This document shows positions 24,736-37,537 of a DNA stretch of 64,000 bases, one piece after another (within the stretch, counting starts at the first letter, position 1; each line of letters opens with the position of its first letter). A program made the position numbers and the translations under genes. This stretch comes from Nemertoderma westbladi. Its lineage: Eukaryota > Animalia > Xenacoelomorpha. The notes under the pieces are model-generated. The model did no database searches, was not told where the DNA came from, and was given only the letters and a program-made list of their open reading frames with translations. The stretch lies in assembly GCA_032718475.1 (NCBI GenBank), contig JAUCBJ010007050.1, positions 16,011 through 80,010 on the forward strand. The letters run 5' to 3'.

Positions 24736-26604
24736 AGAACCAAAAGCTGCGGCATTCTGGCATTGTTTATCATATTTCCCAAATATGATAATATTGGCAG
24801 ATGCCAAGAAATGATGGCACAACGCCAAACATTGATACCCTTCCCAAACGATTCAGAACACTTGAAAACCCGTATTGAAGAAAAATTGTTCTTAAAACAT
24901 GAACACTTTCCGAATTAATGCATTTTGGCCACAAATCATGGTTTCTGACCCACTGTGCAACACCAACAACACTGACAAATCGCAACAGATGATGCAAAAT
25001 TGCATAATATAAGACATGCATAATTGTCTATTTATTGAAAATGATTTCAGTTATTTTTGCCTTTTTGAAGGCCCGTATTTCTTCAGAGTCCCTTTGCAGG
25101 CGACGCTTCCACTGCTGCCATTGCGGCTCCAAATTGTCGTCGAGGGAAGTGGTGGACGTAGAGCTAATATTAATAGAAGTGTCTTCGGCGCACTCTGGAT
25201 TCGCAATCCGTTGGAGTATCAACTTTTTCTTCTATAATCTAAAGAATCACATTTGTAAATATTAGCATTAAAGTTCCAGATAAATCAGATTTTTAATTCG
25301 AATCAATTAATTTGTCAAATTAATATTCCCCGATAATTACCTATAGGTAAATAGGTAATTATTATCGGGGAATATAAATTTTACAAATTACCGTAATTAC
25401 GAGCGAGTGCCCATATATAGAAAGAACAGGTTAGTTTGTAAAGTTCGGATCACTAACATCAAAATTACACGCTACACTAATTTAGCGCCAATTTAAAAGC
25501 AAATATAACGGAAATTAATGCAATTAATCCGATTAATACCAATAACAGCAAGCTTGCATCAAGGTTTTTATAGGAAACTTGCTACCGTAAATACTATTTA
25601 TTTATATTTTATTACAAAATTACGTACGTAGGGCTACATACAGTCCCGCTCTCAAAAAGCATTCCTTTGATCAAACATTGATCAAACTTTGATCAAACAT
25701 TGATCAAAGTTTGATCAAATATTGAAAGGAACCAGGCTTATAAATCCTGCCATTGAGTTCTACCAAAGGCGCTGCACTTCAAAGTCTAGATTCCCACTGA
25801 GCCGTGTGTCAATCAAGCAGCCCTCTCTCTCTCTCTCTCTCTCGCTCTCCCTGTGCGTGTAATGCTCCATGTGCTCTGTAGGATGTCTGCAGAGCACACA
25901 GGACACCACGTCCATGTCATACCATAGGTTTGTAAGCTATAGCCGTTATTTAAACCAGTTAAAGCCTAGGTTATAATAATTTACAGCGATTATCAGAAAA
26001 TAACAGCCGCAATTGAATCTCCACTTGGCGGTGTGGTGGTAATGAAAGCAAGGGCGGGTATGGGCTGTGTGGAGTTTAATTATGAGTTACGCAATGTGTT
26101 GGGTGGATGGCTACAATACATTAGAATGGGGGGGGGGGGGGGCAACTAAGCGTACCGAGGGGGAGGCCATGTGAAAGCATACTATGAGCACCGCTATGAT
26201 TTTAGAAGGGCTTGATCTTTTTGCGTAAGTAAATAATACCTAAGGAAATGTAAGGAATTTTATTAGAAATACGTTAGGACTTCTTACTGTGCACACCTAC
26301 GTTAGTGCCCGCACCCCGCACTGAATTTGGAAGTTATTATAAGGTAATCGACATGCGACATCGACAACGGCCTCATCCATTAACATACACTAATTTAATT
26401 AATTCCCTAATTTCCCTAACGTACGTGCATACTAACGTCCCAAGACCACATTTTCCTTAGAAAATTAGACAACAATATTCAATGAATTAATTTAAAATTG
26501 TCGATCTAAAACAATAATTTATTGTTTAAATTATTATAATTAGAGACCGTTAGGGCTTCATGCTGCCAAAATTGGGTTAGAAGAGAATGTGTTCGGACGT
26601 AGAC

Positions 26605-27022
26605 GCTGTGCAGACAGAGGTGCCGACACAGGTGCCGACAGAGGTGCCGACACAGGTGCCGACGGAGGTGCCGACACAGGTGCCGACATAGGTTCCGACA
26701 TAGGTGCCGACTTAGGTGCCGACACAGGTGCAGATACAGATGCAGACACAGCTGCCGACATAGTTGCCGACAGAGGTGCCGACACAGGTGCCGACATAGG
26801 TGCCGACACAGGTGCCGACATAGGTGCCGATACAGGTGCCGACATAGGTGCAGACACAGGTGCCGACATAGGTGCCGATACAGGTGCCGACATAGGTGCC
26901 GACACAGGTACCGACATAGGTGCCGACACAGGTGCAGACACAGGTGCCGACACAGGTGCCGACATAGGTGCCGACACAGGTGCAGACACAGGTGCCGACA
27001 CAGGTGCCGACATAGGTGCCGA
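26605..27022. repeat. 12-bp minisatellite (ggtgccgacaca/ggtgccgacata), ~35 copies
   Basis: Direct tandem repeat. Confidence 0.95.
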
Positions 27023-27649
27023 AACTTTACTAAAGTCTTCCCAAGAAATTAGGATAAGTAAGTGAATAAGTAAGTGAATACCTAAGGAAATGTAAGGAAC
27101 TTTATTAGAAAGACGTTAGGACTTCTTACTGTGCACACCTACGAATTTGATAGTTATTATCTGTCTTCGTTCAATCCAATATTCCACGAAAAAATCAGTC
27201 AGCTATAATCACAACCGCTGTCGGGCAGACTTATATTGATACTGGCTTTCTAGTGAATAATTTAATAATATTCCAGAGGCTTTATTTCAGAACGTGCCCG
27301 GAGTTGTTAGTGGGTCCTATTACAAGACTCAGTCTGGTACTGGTACACTACCACAACACTCTGGTACTGGTACACTACCACAACACTGTGTTGTCAATCT
27401 TATGATTATAATAATTCACAGCGATTATCAGAAAATAACAGCCACAATTGAATCTCCACTTGGCGATGTGGCGTTATGAAAGCAATGGCAGGTATGGGCT
27501 GTGCTGTGTGGAGTTTAATTCTGAGTTACGCAATGGGTTGGGTGGATGGCTACAACACATTATAATGGGTGGGGGGGGGGGGGGGGGGGGTGCAGGTCCG
27601 CAGCTAGTACAATGATATAGTAATAGTCCACAACAAGAGAGGGTATGGG

Positions 27650-28920
27650 GGATCTAGGACACTTCCCCCCCGGACACTTCCCCCCCGGACACTTCCCCCC
27701 CGGACACTTGCCCCCCGGACACTTCCCCCCCAGTTAAAGTGTTAAAATTAATCTGGGTGCATCAAAGCAATAAACAAAAGTTAAAGATGGTTACAGGACA
27801 AGTTGTATCTAGACAAGTTTTTTCAAAATTATAAAAGAAACATTTTTATAGTCAAATTTTGTTTGTTTTTCTTTTAATTCCTTTAATTCTTTTAATTTCT
27901 TTTAATTGGGGGCTGCCGCCCCCAAACCCCCGCTTCTTTTGTTGGGGGCTGCCGCCCCCAAACCCCCGCTTCTTTTCTTGGGGGCTGCCGCCCCCTAACC
28001 CCCGATTCTTTTCTTGGGGGTTATCGCCCCCAGACCCCGGCATTTCCCTGAGTGCCAGTGGTGAAAGACTTAAGACCACTTTGAAATAATTAATTCATGT
28101 TTGTATCATCAGATAATAAATTGACTAAGCCTAAAGTAGGAGCTGTATTGAATGTTAACCAATATAATATATAAATTACTACAATATTATATAATTCAAC
28201 AAAATCCTATTAAAAATATTGCAAGTAACCAGGAAATTTAATATGTAGTGTGTATAATATCTATATAGTATGTATAGTAGTAATATGTATATCAATATGT
28301 AATGCTGAACACAGAATACAGGTCGACGCATGTCGATTTTACCCTGGAGAGGTATAATTTTGATTGCAACAATAATATTCATCCCCATCTGCTACAATTT
28401 GAAGAAGACTATTACGTAATAATACCTATATTTAAAACAATTAATTATTATAATTCTATAGTTAATAAAAGCAGTATATCATCATTCCGGGGATGGAATT
28501 TATAGGTCATCTAATATAATTAATTGTTTAAAGATTAGCAAACAATACGATGTAATTGCATTGATAAAACCCATAAATAAAACTTGGATATAAAATGTAA
28601 AATCGGGATGCAAAAGATCACTTTCTGAGCTACGAAAGGAAAATTGGATACAACTTATCTGGATACAAACGGTCCGTTTACCTTACAAAATGAAAAATAC
28701 GAATGTGCGAAGTTAAGATCAGTCGGGGGGGAAGTGTCAGCGGGGGGGAAGTGTCTGGGGGGGAAGTGTCCGGGGGGGAAGTGTCCTACTTGAGCGGGGG
28801 GGAACTGTCCGGGGGGGGAAGTGTCCGGGGGGGAAGTGTCCGGGGGGGAAGTGTCCTACTTGAGCGGGGGGGAACTGTCCGGGGGGGAAGTGTCCGGGGG
28901 GGGGGAAGTGTCCGAACACC
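27650..28920. mobile_element. Non-autonomous foldback/MULE-like element with 15-bp subterminal tandem repeats
   Basis: GG..CC ends; (ggacacttccccccc)n on the left and its inverse on the right; 8-bp TSD GGTATGGG at 27642-27649 and 28921-28928. Confidence 0.88.
27907..28040. repeat. 36-bp GC hairpin repeat x4
   Basis: ttgggggctgccgcccccaaacccccgcttctttt. Confidence 0.9.
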
Positions 28921-30229
28921 GGTATGGGATCACTGGGGTTATATTGATGCCTTGTCTTACAACGACCTGTGAGCAAAAGTGTGGTTTGTCGGCCGGAAGG
29001 TTAAAACCCTCCATTAATTAAAAATGAATGAGCAGAACTTAATAAGTATTACTAACCCAATTTGATTTTTAATATTTAAAAAATTATAATTACAATACGT
29101 TAAACTGAATTAAAAAATACGTAACTAATGATGTACATAACATAGTTTACTTTAAAACAAATTAGGTTTTCAATAAAATTACCTTATCAGAGTATTAAAA
29201 TTAAATTACGTACATTTTTAGAAGGTATTTTAGGGGGTGCGCTGGCACTGGCGCTTGGATTTATTTATTTCTTTATTTACATTTATTAGTATAATTAGAG
29301 ACAGGGGCAGGAAGGAAGCTTGTCGAATTTACACAATTACTGTATAAACAAAGGCAATGCAACGGCAGACATCGCGCTGCTACGTCAATGGAGGTCTTTG
29401 GCCTTGATTCTGATTTAAGGAACATTGAAACTAATTTCTAATATAACAATCATTTAAAAATATTCCAAAGGCTGTTTTTCTGAACTAGTTGTAGTGTAAT
29501 AATAGGCCCTGCCCTACAAGAACAAGACCAACAACACTGCCATGTAAATCCAATCGCTGTCCATCCACAAAGTCAAGCAAGCTCCATCCACCGCCCTGTC
29601 AATCACATCGCGGCTTGGCCATTAACAAAAGCCAGTTCTCGGCGGGAGTCTGAGTTCAAAGGCATGCCGCAGAAGAGCGATGTAAACTGTTACCTTGAAA
29701 TCATTTCAATGTCATTTCAATATGAGACAGAAAGTCTGGAATTTCGGTCCATCGATTTCAAGGTCATTTCAATATGCCATCAATGTCATTTCAATGTCAA
29801 TGCTACTTTCAATGATATTCTATGGACACATTTTGATCAAACTTTGATCAATGTTTGATCAAAGTTTGATCAATGTTTGATCAAAGGAATGCTTTTTGAG
29901 AGCGGGACTGTACTATACAAAAATGGATAAGATTCACAAATATGGATATTTTATTTTCCTTATCTAACTATGGTTGCATGTCATTACGGCTTATCTAAAT
30001 ATCTATACTGTATAATGGGCTGGTAATAGTACACAGCGCCATATATCGTAACATTAAGTCTAACTTGTCTTTAAGAATTGGATTTCAGAATTTTGCTTAT
30101 CATTACAGTCTAATACAGTCTGACAGTTGGCCTAATACTATTACAGTATTAAGCTCTTACAGTCTTACAGCCTATAGGCTTTTAGTATTACTGTATTATA
30201 CGGTACTTATTGCAGTATTGAAAGTAATT

Positions 30230-31203
30230 ATGGGGAAGGAAAAGGGGAAGAGCAAGAATACAACAGCAGACAAGGCGAAAAAAATCGAGAGAAGGTTGCA
30301 AAGTATCGGCAAAGATTAAAGGATGAAGGGAGATATGCTGAGTTCAGGAAGGAAGAGGTGGTAAAGGAACGCAAACGAAGAGAGCGAAGATGACAGCAAA
30401 ATGAGACAAACGTTGGAACTCGTCAACAAATTAAACTTATAGAAGATCGCCTTAAAATTAAACGTAACCTTGAAAGGATGAAGAAACGAAAGTATAGACA
30501 AAAGATCAAGGAGCAGGGGAAGGCAAAGGACCAACGCCAAGAACAGGAGAAAGTTTCAGAGCAAAGCGATCGGAATCAATTGGAATCGGGTCAACTATCA
30601 AAACATACCCCATCTACACGACAGTTCTACCAAGGAATTACCTACCATCGAAAAATCTCGCGTGAAAAATCTCAACTAATAGAATCCCTAAAAAAGAAAT
30701 TTGCAATTCTGGAAAATAAGAATCTTTATTTACAAAATAATTTGAGGAAACTTGTAGGTGAAAATAAAAAAACTACACCAGAAAATCTAGACAAAATTCC
30801 TCACCTATTAACCCCAAGAAGTAAGAGAAAATTAAGGGATGTTGCAAACACACCAACGAGAAAAACACTTAGGAGACTTGGGTGGCGCTTGCGATTCCCT
30901 CGTCAAAATAACAACATACGGTCTTGGCAGGGTGGATTGCGAGCAAACATTATCGAGTTTGCGCATGATGAAAAAATTTCAAAGGAATGTCCGGATAAAA
31001 GGAAGTTTGCCGTGGCTGAGACACTAGGAACCATTAAACATAAAGTACCCATAAGATATTCGAATGGAGAGTCTTAAGGTTCTTCATGGAATTTTTCAAT
31101 TCAAGAAAAATGTAACTTGCTCCTACGGGATGTTCTGCCGGTATTGGCCTAAGGACGTCATCCAGCCAAAGGCCTCTGATTGGGGGACGTGCTTGTGTAT
31201 CCG
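30230..31203 (+). pseudogene. N-terminal part of a DNA transposase (tentatively Sola2-like), frameshifted and truncated before the catalytic core
   Basis: TPRSK, IIEF..DEKISKECPDK and SYGMFCRYWP...TCLC motifs; superfamily assigned from memory only. Confidence 0.55.
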
Positions 31204-33980
31204 TGAATATGGCTATCTCCTACGTAATCGCAATGTTGAGTATGTTCTTTGTAAGGAATGTGCCATATATTTAACTAAGATAAATCATCCTAAGATACAT
31301 CCATCTTGTGGCTGGCCATCATTTATATATAGCGGTCAATGAACCAAATTCATGGTTTTCTGGGTAATCCAACTGACCTATTAGATTTATTTCCTGAAAC
31401 ATTAAGGGATCATTGGAGATGTGTCATTAATTCCCAAGGCCTCTATCCAACTAAGACAGTGGTAAAAGATTTTACCCAAGAACTTCTACTACTACTAGGA
31501 TCGGCATGCTGCATTGCAGCTGCATTTTTAAGAATGCTGTGCCGGCTTGTCAACAAAATTGCACCGCCACAACTCCTTATCACCCATGACATTTGCTAGA
31601 TCATCCGCATCTTTAAGGCCAGTGTCCTTTAAGATGCGTCTCAAGAAAGTCATGGGCTGTCCACCATGCTTATTCACTCCATGAGGCTGCCAAAGTACAA
31701 GATTATGCACTGGCTGGTCCTCAGGGCGAAAGCAATGTCCTGCAAAGCGGAGGCGATTTTGTTCTAGTGTCAAGCTTGGGGGAACCAATGAGACACCTCC
31801 AATGTTATATAGTGTCTGGTTGGAGATGTGTGCATTGTACTTGACACAATGAACCCGGCGTAGCATTCTTGTGAATGTGCCATAAAGAGATTTGGTGTCC
31901 TCAGCAGTTAGAGCCCAGCATGGACTCCCGTAGAGGAGTACTGGAACTACTGCTGCTCTAAATAATCGGACCTTAAGTTTCCGATTAATTCTCGGTGACT
32001 TCCAAATCCTGGAAAGCCTATTCAAGGCTACCCATGCCTTTCCCTTACGTATTCGAAGGTCCTCACCTGACTTCTGGATCCATGATCCCAGGTAACAGAA
32101 GTCGTCCACATGCTCAAGCATACCATCCTTTGAGCTTATGCTCATCCGATCAGAGACTTGCTGAGGACTTTCAAAGTTAACTGTCTAAAGTAAGCCAGTA
32201 GGTGGAGTTATCATCACCCCATCATCATTATAAAGATCTAAGGACATGCGTAGAACATAGTCAACCACAATAATGAACAAGAATGGTGCAAGTGTGTCTC
32301 CTTGGAGGACGCCCCATAACACTTCAAATGGTTCTGTGTCACCGTCAACAGTAGACACAAATGTTGTCGAACCATCATATACTGATCTGATTGCTGCAAT
32401 AATTTCATCAGGAATCCCATATAATGAAAGTATGCTGAACATACGTGAGCGAGAGACTGAATCAAAGGCCTTGAAGAAGTCAACAAAGATAACAGCCAGA
32501 TGCTTGTCTTTCTTTTTTGATAACTCTTCAATTATCCTTCTAAGTGCCAAAATGGGCTCCATGGTCCCACGACCTTTACGGAACCCATTCTGATTTCCAC
32601 GGAGCAGTCTCTCAATGGGATCCCTGATGCGATTTAATAGAATCCTATTGTATAGCTTTGCAGCAAGCGAGATCAATGAGATTCCCCGAAAAGAACCATA
32701 GAGTGTTAGGTTGCCCTTCTTGGGAACAGGCACCAACTTATTTGTTTTCATTTCTTGTGGGACTCTTGTTGTTCGGTACATGTCTACTATGATGGGATAG
32801 ATGAGCTTTAAACACTCAGGTATTTTAAAGACCTCAGGGGGAACACCATCTACTCCACTGGCACGATTGGTCTTAATGCTCTTTGCAGCAGCCTTCACTT
32901 CTGCAAAGGAGATATCGCCAATGGGAATATCTGGGAGTACAGACTCAGACACTTTTACTTCTATAAAGTTATCAGGCAATACCCTGTCATTATTGAGGAG
33001 CTTTTCAAAGTGGGCTTTCCAACCATTGAGGCGATCGGCTGGTGATTCAGCCTTAACCTTGGTGGTTGGTTGGCTTTTCCGCCCAGTAAGCAGATTGATC
33101 GATTTCCATGCCTGGGATGATTGCCTGCTGTCGTCAGCATCATTGATGGCATCAACCTGTTGGTTTATTAGCTCCTGTAGATTAGCAGAGTACTGCCTGT
33201 TCAGGGACCTAGATGCAGCCTTAACTGCATTCTTGGCTGCTGTAGTCTGTTTGAGCCGGGACTCTTTCTGCGCCTTATGAAGGTCATTTCGGCACTTCTG
33301 AATTTTGTTGTCAGTCCAGGGGGCCCTTTTCCTGTTTCGAGGGTATACAGGAACTGTTTCTGCAGCTGCTAACTTAACTGCTTCTGTAAAGGCAGTATAG
33401 CCCTCACAGTGATCTGCCGCCTCAGAGGCAAGAGCCTCATACCTGTTGCTCAGCTGTAGTGTGAAGCTGGATCTCACACTTGGCTGTTGCAACAGAGAGG
33501 ACGCAGACTAAGTCTTACCTTGGCCACAATAAGGCGGTGATCACTGGAGAAGGGTCGAAGTGTAAATGCATTACAGTCTTGTATAGAGCTCCTGTATTTC
33601 CTACGAAACAGAATATGGTCTATCTGGGACTTCTATCAAGAACTTCATGAGTACAATAACACAATGAAAGATCTAGATATGGCAAAGCTTACACACCTTC
33701 TAAATAATGGCTGCGTACCTAGTGTTGTATGTGGCCTTGGTTGTACTCAGTATGTGGAAAATTGTAGACCAATAGGATTTCATAATTTTCTTGCAAACAG
33801 ATTTCCTATCCCTAGAGTATTTAATGCTAGACCCGATCAGGTACAGTCTTTCCGTGAGGACTGACCTTACAAATTCAAATTACTTGATAGCGAGCCAATG
33901 GCTGGTGTTGTGGTTGATTTAAAACTTGGGTTGTCTGTTTTGGTTTGCAAGGAACACATGTCTACTTCAAGTCGCATGCA
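31204..33980 (+). pseudogene. Fragment of a second Helitron-like Cys-rich N-terminal region, split by an RTE insertion
   Basis: VLCKECAIYL..WPSFIY, LFPETLRDHW and CGLGCTQYV..FHNFL align by eye with VLCGQCKAYL..GPAYLW, IIPQTFREW and CPMGCGEFI..LHHFL at 8222-8790(-). Confidence 0.65.
31487..33636 (-). mobile_element. 5'-truncated RTE-clade LINE with a (TAG)n tail
   Basis: QNGFRKGR, FVDFFKAFDS, GVLQGDTLAPFLF, FCYLGS; TSD CAAGAACTTC at 31477-31486 and 33637-33646; YADD segment appears deleted near 32180. Confidence 0.92.
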
Positions 33981-34451
33981 TTAAAAATCTGAATGGGAGG
34001 ATAGATTTTGCGAACAAAATTTTTTTCGAAATACTTGCAATTTTCGTTTTCGTTATAAAAATTGTAATATGTGGTGCCGGGGTAAGGGATTAATATTTTT
34101 GGATGAAACCTGGCATACGGGTTTTTTCAACAATTGATGTCCATTAGTGAGTGGGAGAGTGAAATATTTGAAAAAAATATTTTTCACTCCACCCTAATAT
34201 ATATCACATCCATCTACAGATTCATCAAGGCAAAAGGTTAGTAATATTTGCATTAATTAATTTTCATTTATGTAGTCAGTGTGGCTTAGTCAAACTAACA
34301 GCTAATTTATTATGAGGGTTAGAGTTAGTGTTAGGCTTAGGGTCGGTGATAGGTTTATGGTTGTGGGATACAGTTATTAGGAGTTAGCACCTGCTATTTT
34401 ACTTTCTCATTGTTTTTGATAGAGGTAAAATAAAGTATAATTTGGTGTACG

Positions 34452-34483
<32 letters not shown>

Positions 34484-34564
34484 TTCAAGGGAGTCAAAAC
34501 CCCCCTCAATGAGGTACAAACTCAGCTTCAAAGTATCCGAAATATCCTACAGCGGTACGAAAGA

Positions 34565-37537
34565 ATGATACAGGCGTACCAAGAGCTCGTTCCCCCCACC
34601 GATCTGGAAAACTACCCCAAGTTGGAAGAACACGTTGTACATCTAGATGGGTTCCGCAAACAACACCGGAGGACCCTCAGCCTTGTGAGAGGCTATGAGG
34701 AACAGTATTACAAGAGGGCCGAAAGAACAGACGCGGAATCGGTACGATCCTCCAGCATCAGGACAGCAGTACATCGAAAGAGAACGGGGTCCGTTAGAGA
34801 TCAGCACTCCAGCGCTAGGAGCGAAATATCCGGCTCAGCGCGCAGTTCTCAAGGGGCGCCGCCACTCCGAGACCAACTGCGAGAACGGAAGGCATTAGCC
34901 CTCAAAGCTCGGATGGAAGATGAGTATATTCAACTGCAAGCCGAGCAAGATGTATTAGCCGCCGAGACACAAAAGCGAGAGGCCGAACAAGCGGCCGAAC
35001 GGCAGGCCGAACAACGCGAACAGGAGGCCGAACAACATAGACGAGAGGCCGAACGACAGGTCGAACAACGTAGACTAGAGGCCGAACGACAGGCCGAACA
35101 ACGTAAACTAGAGGCCGAACGACAGGCCGAACAACATAGACTAGAGGCCGAACAACATAGACTAGAGGCCGAACAACGCAGACAGGAGGCCGAACAACGC
35201 GGACGAGAGGCCGAACGAGAGATCGAACAACGTAAATGGGAAGCGGAAATGCGTAAACAACACGCCGAGGCCCAAGCAATTCTCATCCACAAAAAGAATG
35301 CGGATATTGCAAAACTCGCAGAATACGAAGCCGCACTTATAGAACGAGATATTCAACTCTACGAGGACTGGGAAAGGGATATAGATCAGGAATATGAACC
35401 AATTCCGGTACCGGAGTTAGAAAAGTCATTTACACCGACAGCGGCGAAGCCTCCGAAACCCGAGATCCCGCCCACCAAACAGTCTACGCTATCGGCACAA
35501 GCCCCGGTGTTCCATCCCCCACCAGCTACGCTAAAGAATGAGGAACCTTATTTCCCATCCAACACCACGACAGCGAGTGTACCCAAGTACGAGCCTGAAA
35601 AGGACTCGGAACGGGACGCCACTCCCCGATCAAATAACCCGTTTACATCGACACCACAAACTCGTAGCCGCGTCATTATTAAAACTCCACCTATTATTGA
35701 TCCATCAAGTATGGGAGTGAGTGCCAATAACTATAACCCTCCGAGTCACTCCAGTTCAGATGACGTCAGCATCATCCGGGCGTTGGAGAACCGCCTTGCC
35801 ATGCCTAAGATGGAGATTCGCACCTTCGAAGGAGATCCCGTCGATTACCTCAGATTCAAGAAACGGTTCTTCGCGCAGATTGGATCAACGGACATAGCCG
35901 ACGCACAGAAATTGGTATATTTATCGCAATACCTGGGTGACAAACCACGCAGAATTGTTGCATGTTTTGAAGGAGGTTCTCATGAGGCATACTATGATGC
36001 ATGGAAAACTCTGGATAAAAGATACGGAAATACCGGAACTATAATTAATAAAACTCTAGAGAGACTGATACAGGACGCGGGATCACTAGGAGACCCACAG
36101 AACATACAGGAATTCTCCGACTCTATGAAGGATGCCTACTATACTCTGAAACCCTTGAATAAGGAGGACCAGGTGAACAACATTCTAAACCTCCGACAGA
36201 TCGCCCGGAAGTTCCCCGGATGGCTACAAAGTAAGTGGGCTTATAAATGTGTAGACCTCCGGCGCAGACATCCAGATCGAGATCCTAGCTTCCTTGAGAT
36301 GTCGGCATTCCTGGACGATATCTCCGAAGCCATGAATGACTCGATGTTTTCCAAACAAAGTCTCGCAAAGTTGGACGGAATAGAGAGCAACTCCAGGGGT
36401 AAGATAACCCCTCCGAAACCGAGATTCCGCCCCCCACCGGTGAGTACGATGGCCATCACCATGGCTGAGGATTCCGACGACGAAGACTACGAGGAACCGA
36501 CATCCGCCGAGGAATGGGCATGTTATCTCGCGAATTGGGCACCCGAAAGGGAAGGCATCACAAATTCCCTGCTCTGTCTCTTCTGTGGGGAGAAACATAA
36601 AGTGGAATTCTGCAGAAAGTTTCAGTTCGCCGACCTCGTCCCACGCTTCGAGGCGATAATGAAACACCGAGGATGCTTCCGGTGTCTTGGAACAGGTCAC
36701 TACGTTCGGGATTGCGACCAAAGGTCGTGCTGTGCTGTCTGTAACGACCAACGCCATCACACGCTCCTCCACATCCCCGCGAACTTCGACTTTACTACCC
36801 TCCCCTTTCGGATCGAAGCCAGGCGAAGAGGAGAAACAAACCACGTCTTCAAAGGAACCCGGACAACCCAACGGAGAGAAACCAACCCGTTTAAAATCTC
36901 CACCAATACACCACAAGTAACAAATATTTCGGCCACGATTAATCTTATAAATCGCCGCTACATGGTTTTCGCAAAGGTAATCCCAGTAAGGATCCAAGGA
37001 GTCGGCAAATCTTTGACGACACTCGCGTTCCTCGATAACGGGTCCGACGGAACCATCATCGACCGGGATTTTCTCGAGCAACTCGGACTAGAATATGAAC
37101 CTTGTAAACGGCCCATACAAACCATCACCGATAACAGAGAGGTAGAGTCCGGGGAGGTGCAACTCCAGATGGAAGGAGTGATGAAGGGCTACGAAACGGC
37201 TAAGTTAACCATAAAGAACGCCTTGGTACACACAGACCTCCGGGTGCGGTTCCGACAATCAGCCGAGTACGCCCCCCTCATACAATTGGACCGGGACGAT
37301 GTAGACCTGAGGTGCCCGCAGTTGGACGTAAACCGTATCACCCTACTGATCGGACTCGATACACCGGAACTACACATCCCAACCGGAGATATCGCCCGAT
37401 CTATAAACCAGGATGACGGATTTTATGCTGAACGAACAATAATGGGATGGACACTCTGCGGCATTAAGGAGGAAACTACGGACACCTATACCTACTATAT
37501 TTGTGTTGTAAAGTGGTTGATAGGCACATTCGATTAG
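34565..37537 (+). CDS. gag: BEL/Pao Gag-protease (family A), ending just after the protease
   Basis: FEGDPVDYLRF (DUF1759-like); triple knuckle CLFCGEKH..C / CFRCLGTGH..C / CAVCNDQRHHTLLH; AFLDNGSDGT; RTIMGW; E/R/Q-rich tandem helix. Confidence 0.9.
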   Translation: MIQAYQELVPPTDLENYPKLEEHVVHLDGFRKQHRRTLSLVRGYEEQYYKRAERTDAESVRSSSIRTAVHRKRTGSVRDQHSSARSEISGSARSSQGAPPLRDQLRERKALALKARMEDEYIQLQAEQDVLAAETQKREAEQAAERQAEQREQEAEQHRREAERQVEQRRLEAERQAEQRKLEAERQAEQHRLEAEQHRLEAEQRRQEAEQRGREAEREIEQRKWEAEMRKQHAEAQAILIHKKNADIAKLAEYEAALIERDIQLYEDWERDIDQEYEPIPVPELEKSFTPTAAKPPKPEIPPTKQSTLSAQAPVFHPPPATLKNEEPYFPSNTTTASVPKYEPEKDSERDATPRSNNPFTSTPQTRSRVIIKTPPIIDPSSMGVSANNYNPPSHSSSDDVSIIRALENRLAMPKMEIRTFEGDPVDYLRFKKRFFAQIGSTDIADAQKLVYLSQYLGDKPRRIVACFEGGSHEAYYDAWKTLDKRYGNTGTIINKTLERLIQDAGSLGDPQNIQEFSDSMKDAYYTLKPLNKEDQVNNILNLRQIARKFPGWLQSKWAYKCVDLRRRHPDRDPSFLEMSAFLDDISEAMNDSMFSKQSLAKLDGIESNSRGKITPPKPRFRPPPVSTMAITMAEDSDDEDYEEPTSAEEWACYLANWAPEREGITNSLLCLFCGEKHKVEFCRKFQFADLVPRFEAIMKHRGCFRCLGTGHYVRDCDQRSCCAVCNDQRHHTLLHIPANFDFTTLPFRIEARRRGETNHVFKGTRTTQRRETNPFKISTNTPQVTNISATINLINRRYMVFAKVIPVRIQGVGKSLTTLAFLDNGSDGTIIDRDFLEQLGLEYEPCKRPIQTITDNREVESGEVQLQMEGVMKGYETAKLTIKNALVHTDLRVRFRQSAEYAPLIQLDRDDVDLRCPQLDVNRITLLIGLDTPELHIPTGDIARSINQDDGFYAERTIMGWTLCGIKEETTDTYTYYICVVKWLIGTFD

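Larger units (their letters stand above)
25641..29910. mobile_element. Non-autonomous TIR DNA transposon (Tc1/mariner/pogo-type ends), 4270 bp, with nested contents
   Basis: ~80-bp TIRs cagtcccgctctcaaaaagcattcctttgatcaaac.../...gtttgatcaaaggaatgctttttgagagcgggactg flanked by TA on both sides; no transposase. Confidence 0.93.

Noticed and set aside
26558-27065. ORFs with SAPV/ADTG repeats (antifreeze- or mucin-like)
   Set aside because: Artefact of a stop-free 12-bp minisatellite inside a TIR element.
34315-34370. Telomere-like (TTAGGG-ish) tract
   Set aside because: Too short and degenerate.
34457-34484. Long poly-G/C tracts (also ~13306, 19742, 21820, 27570)
   Set aside because: Lengths are unreliable in assemblies; no support for function from sequence alone.
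36224-37081. Long antisense ORF within gag (and similar shadow ORFs in the Gypsy element)
   Set aside because: Shadow frames of coding sequence without motifs.
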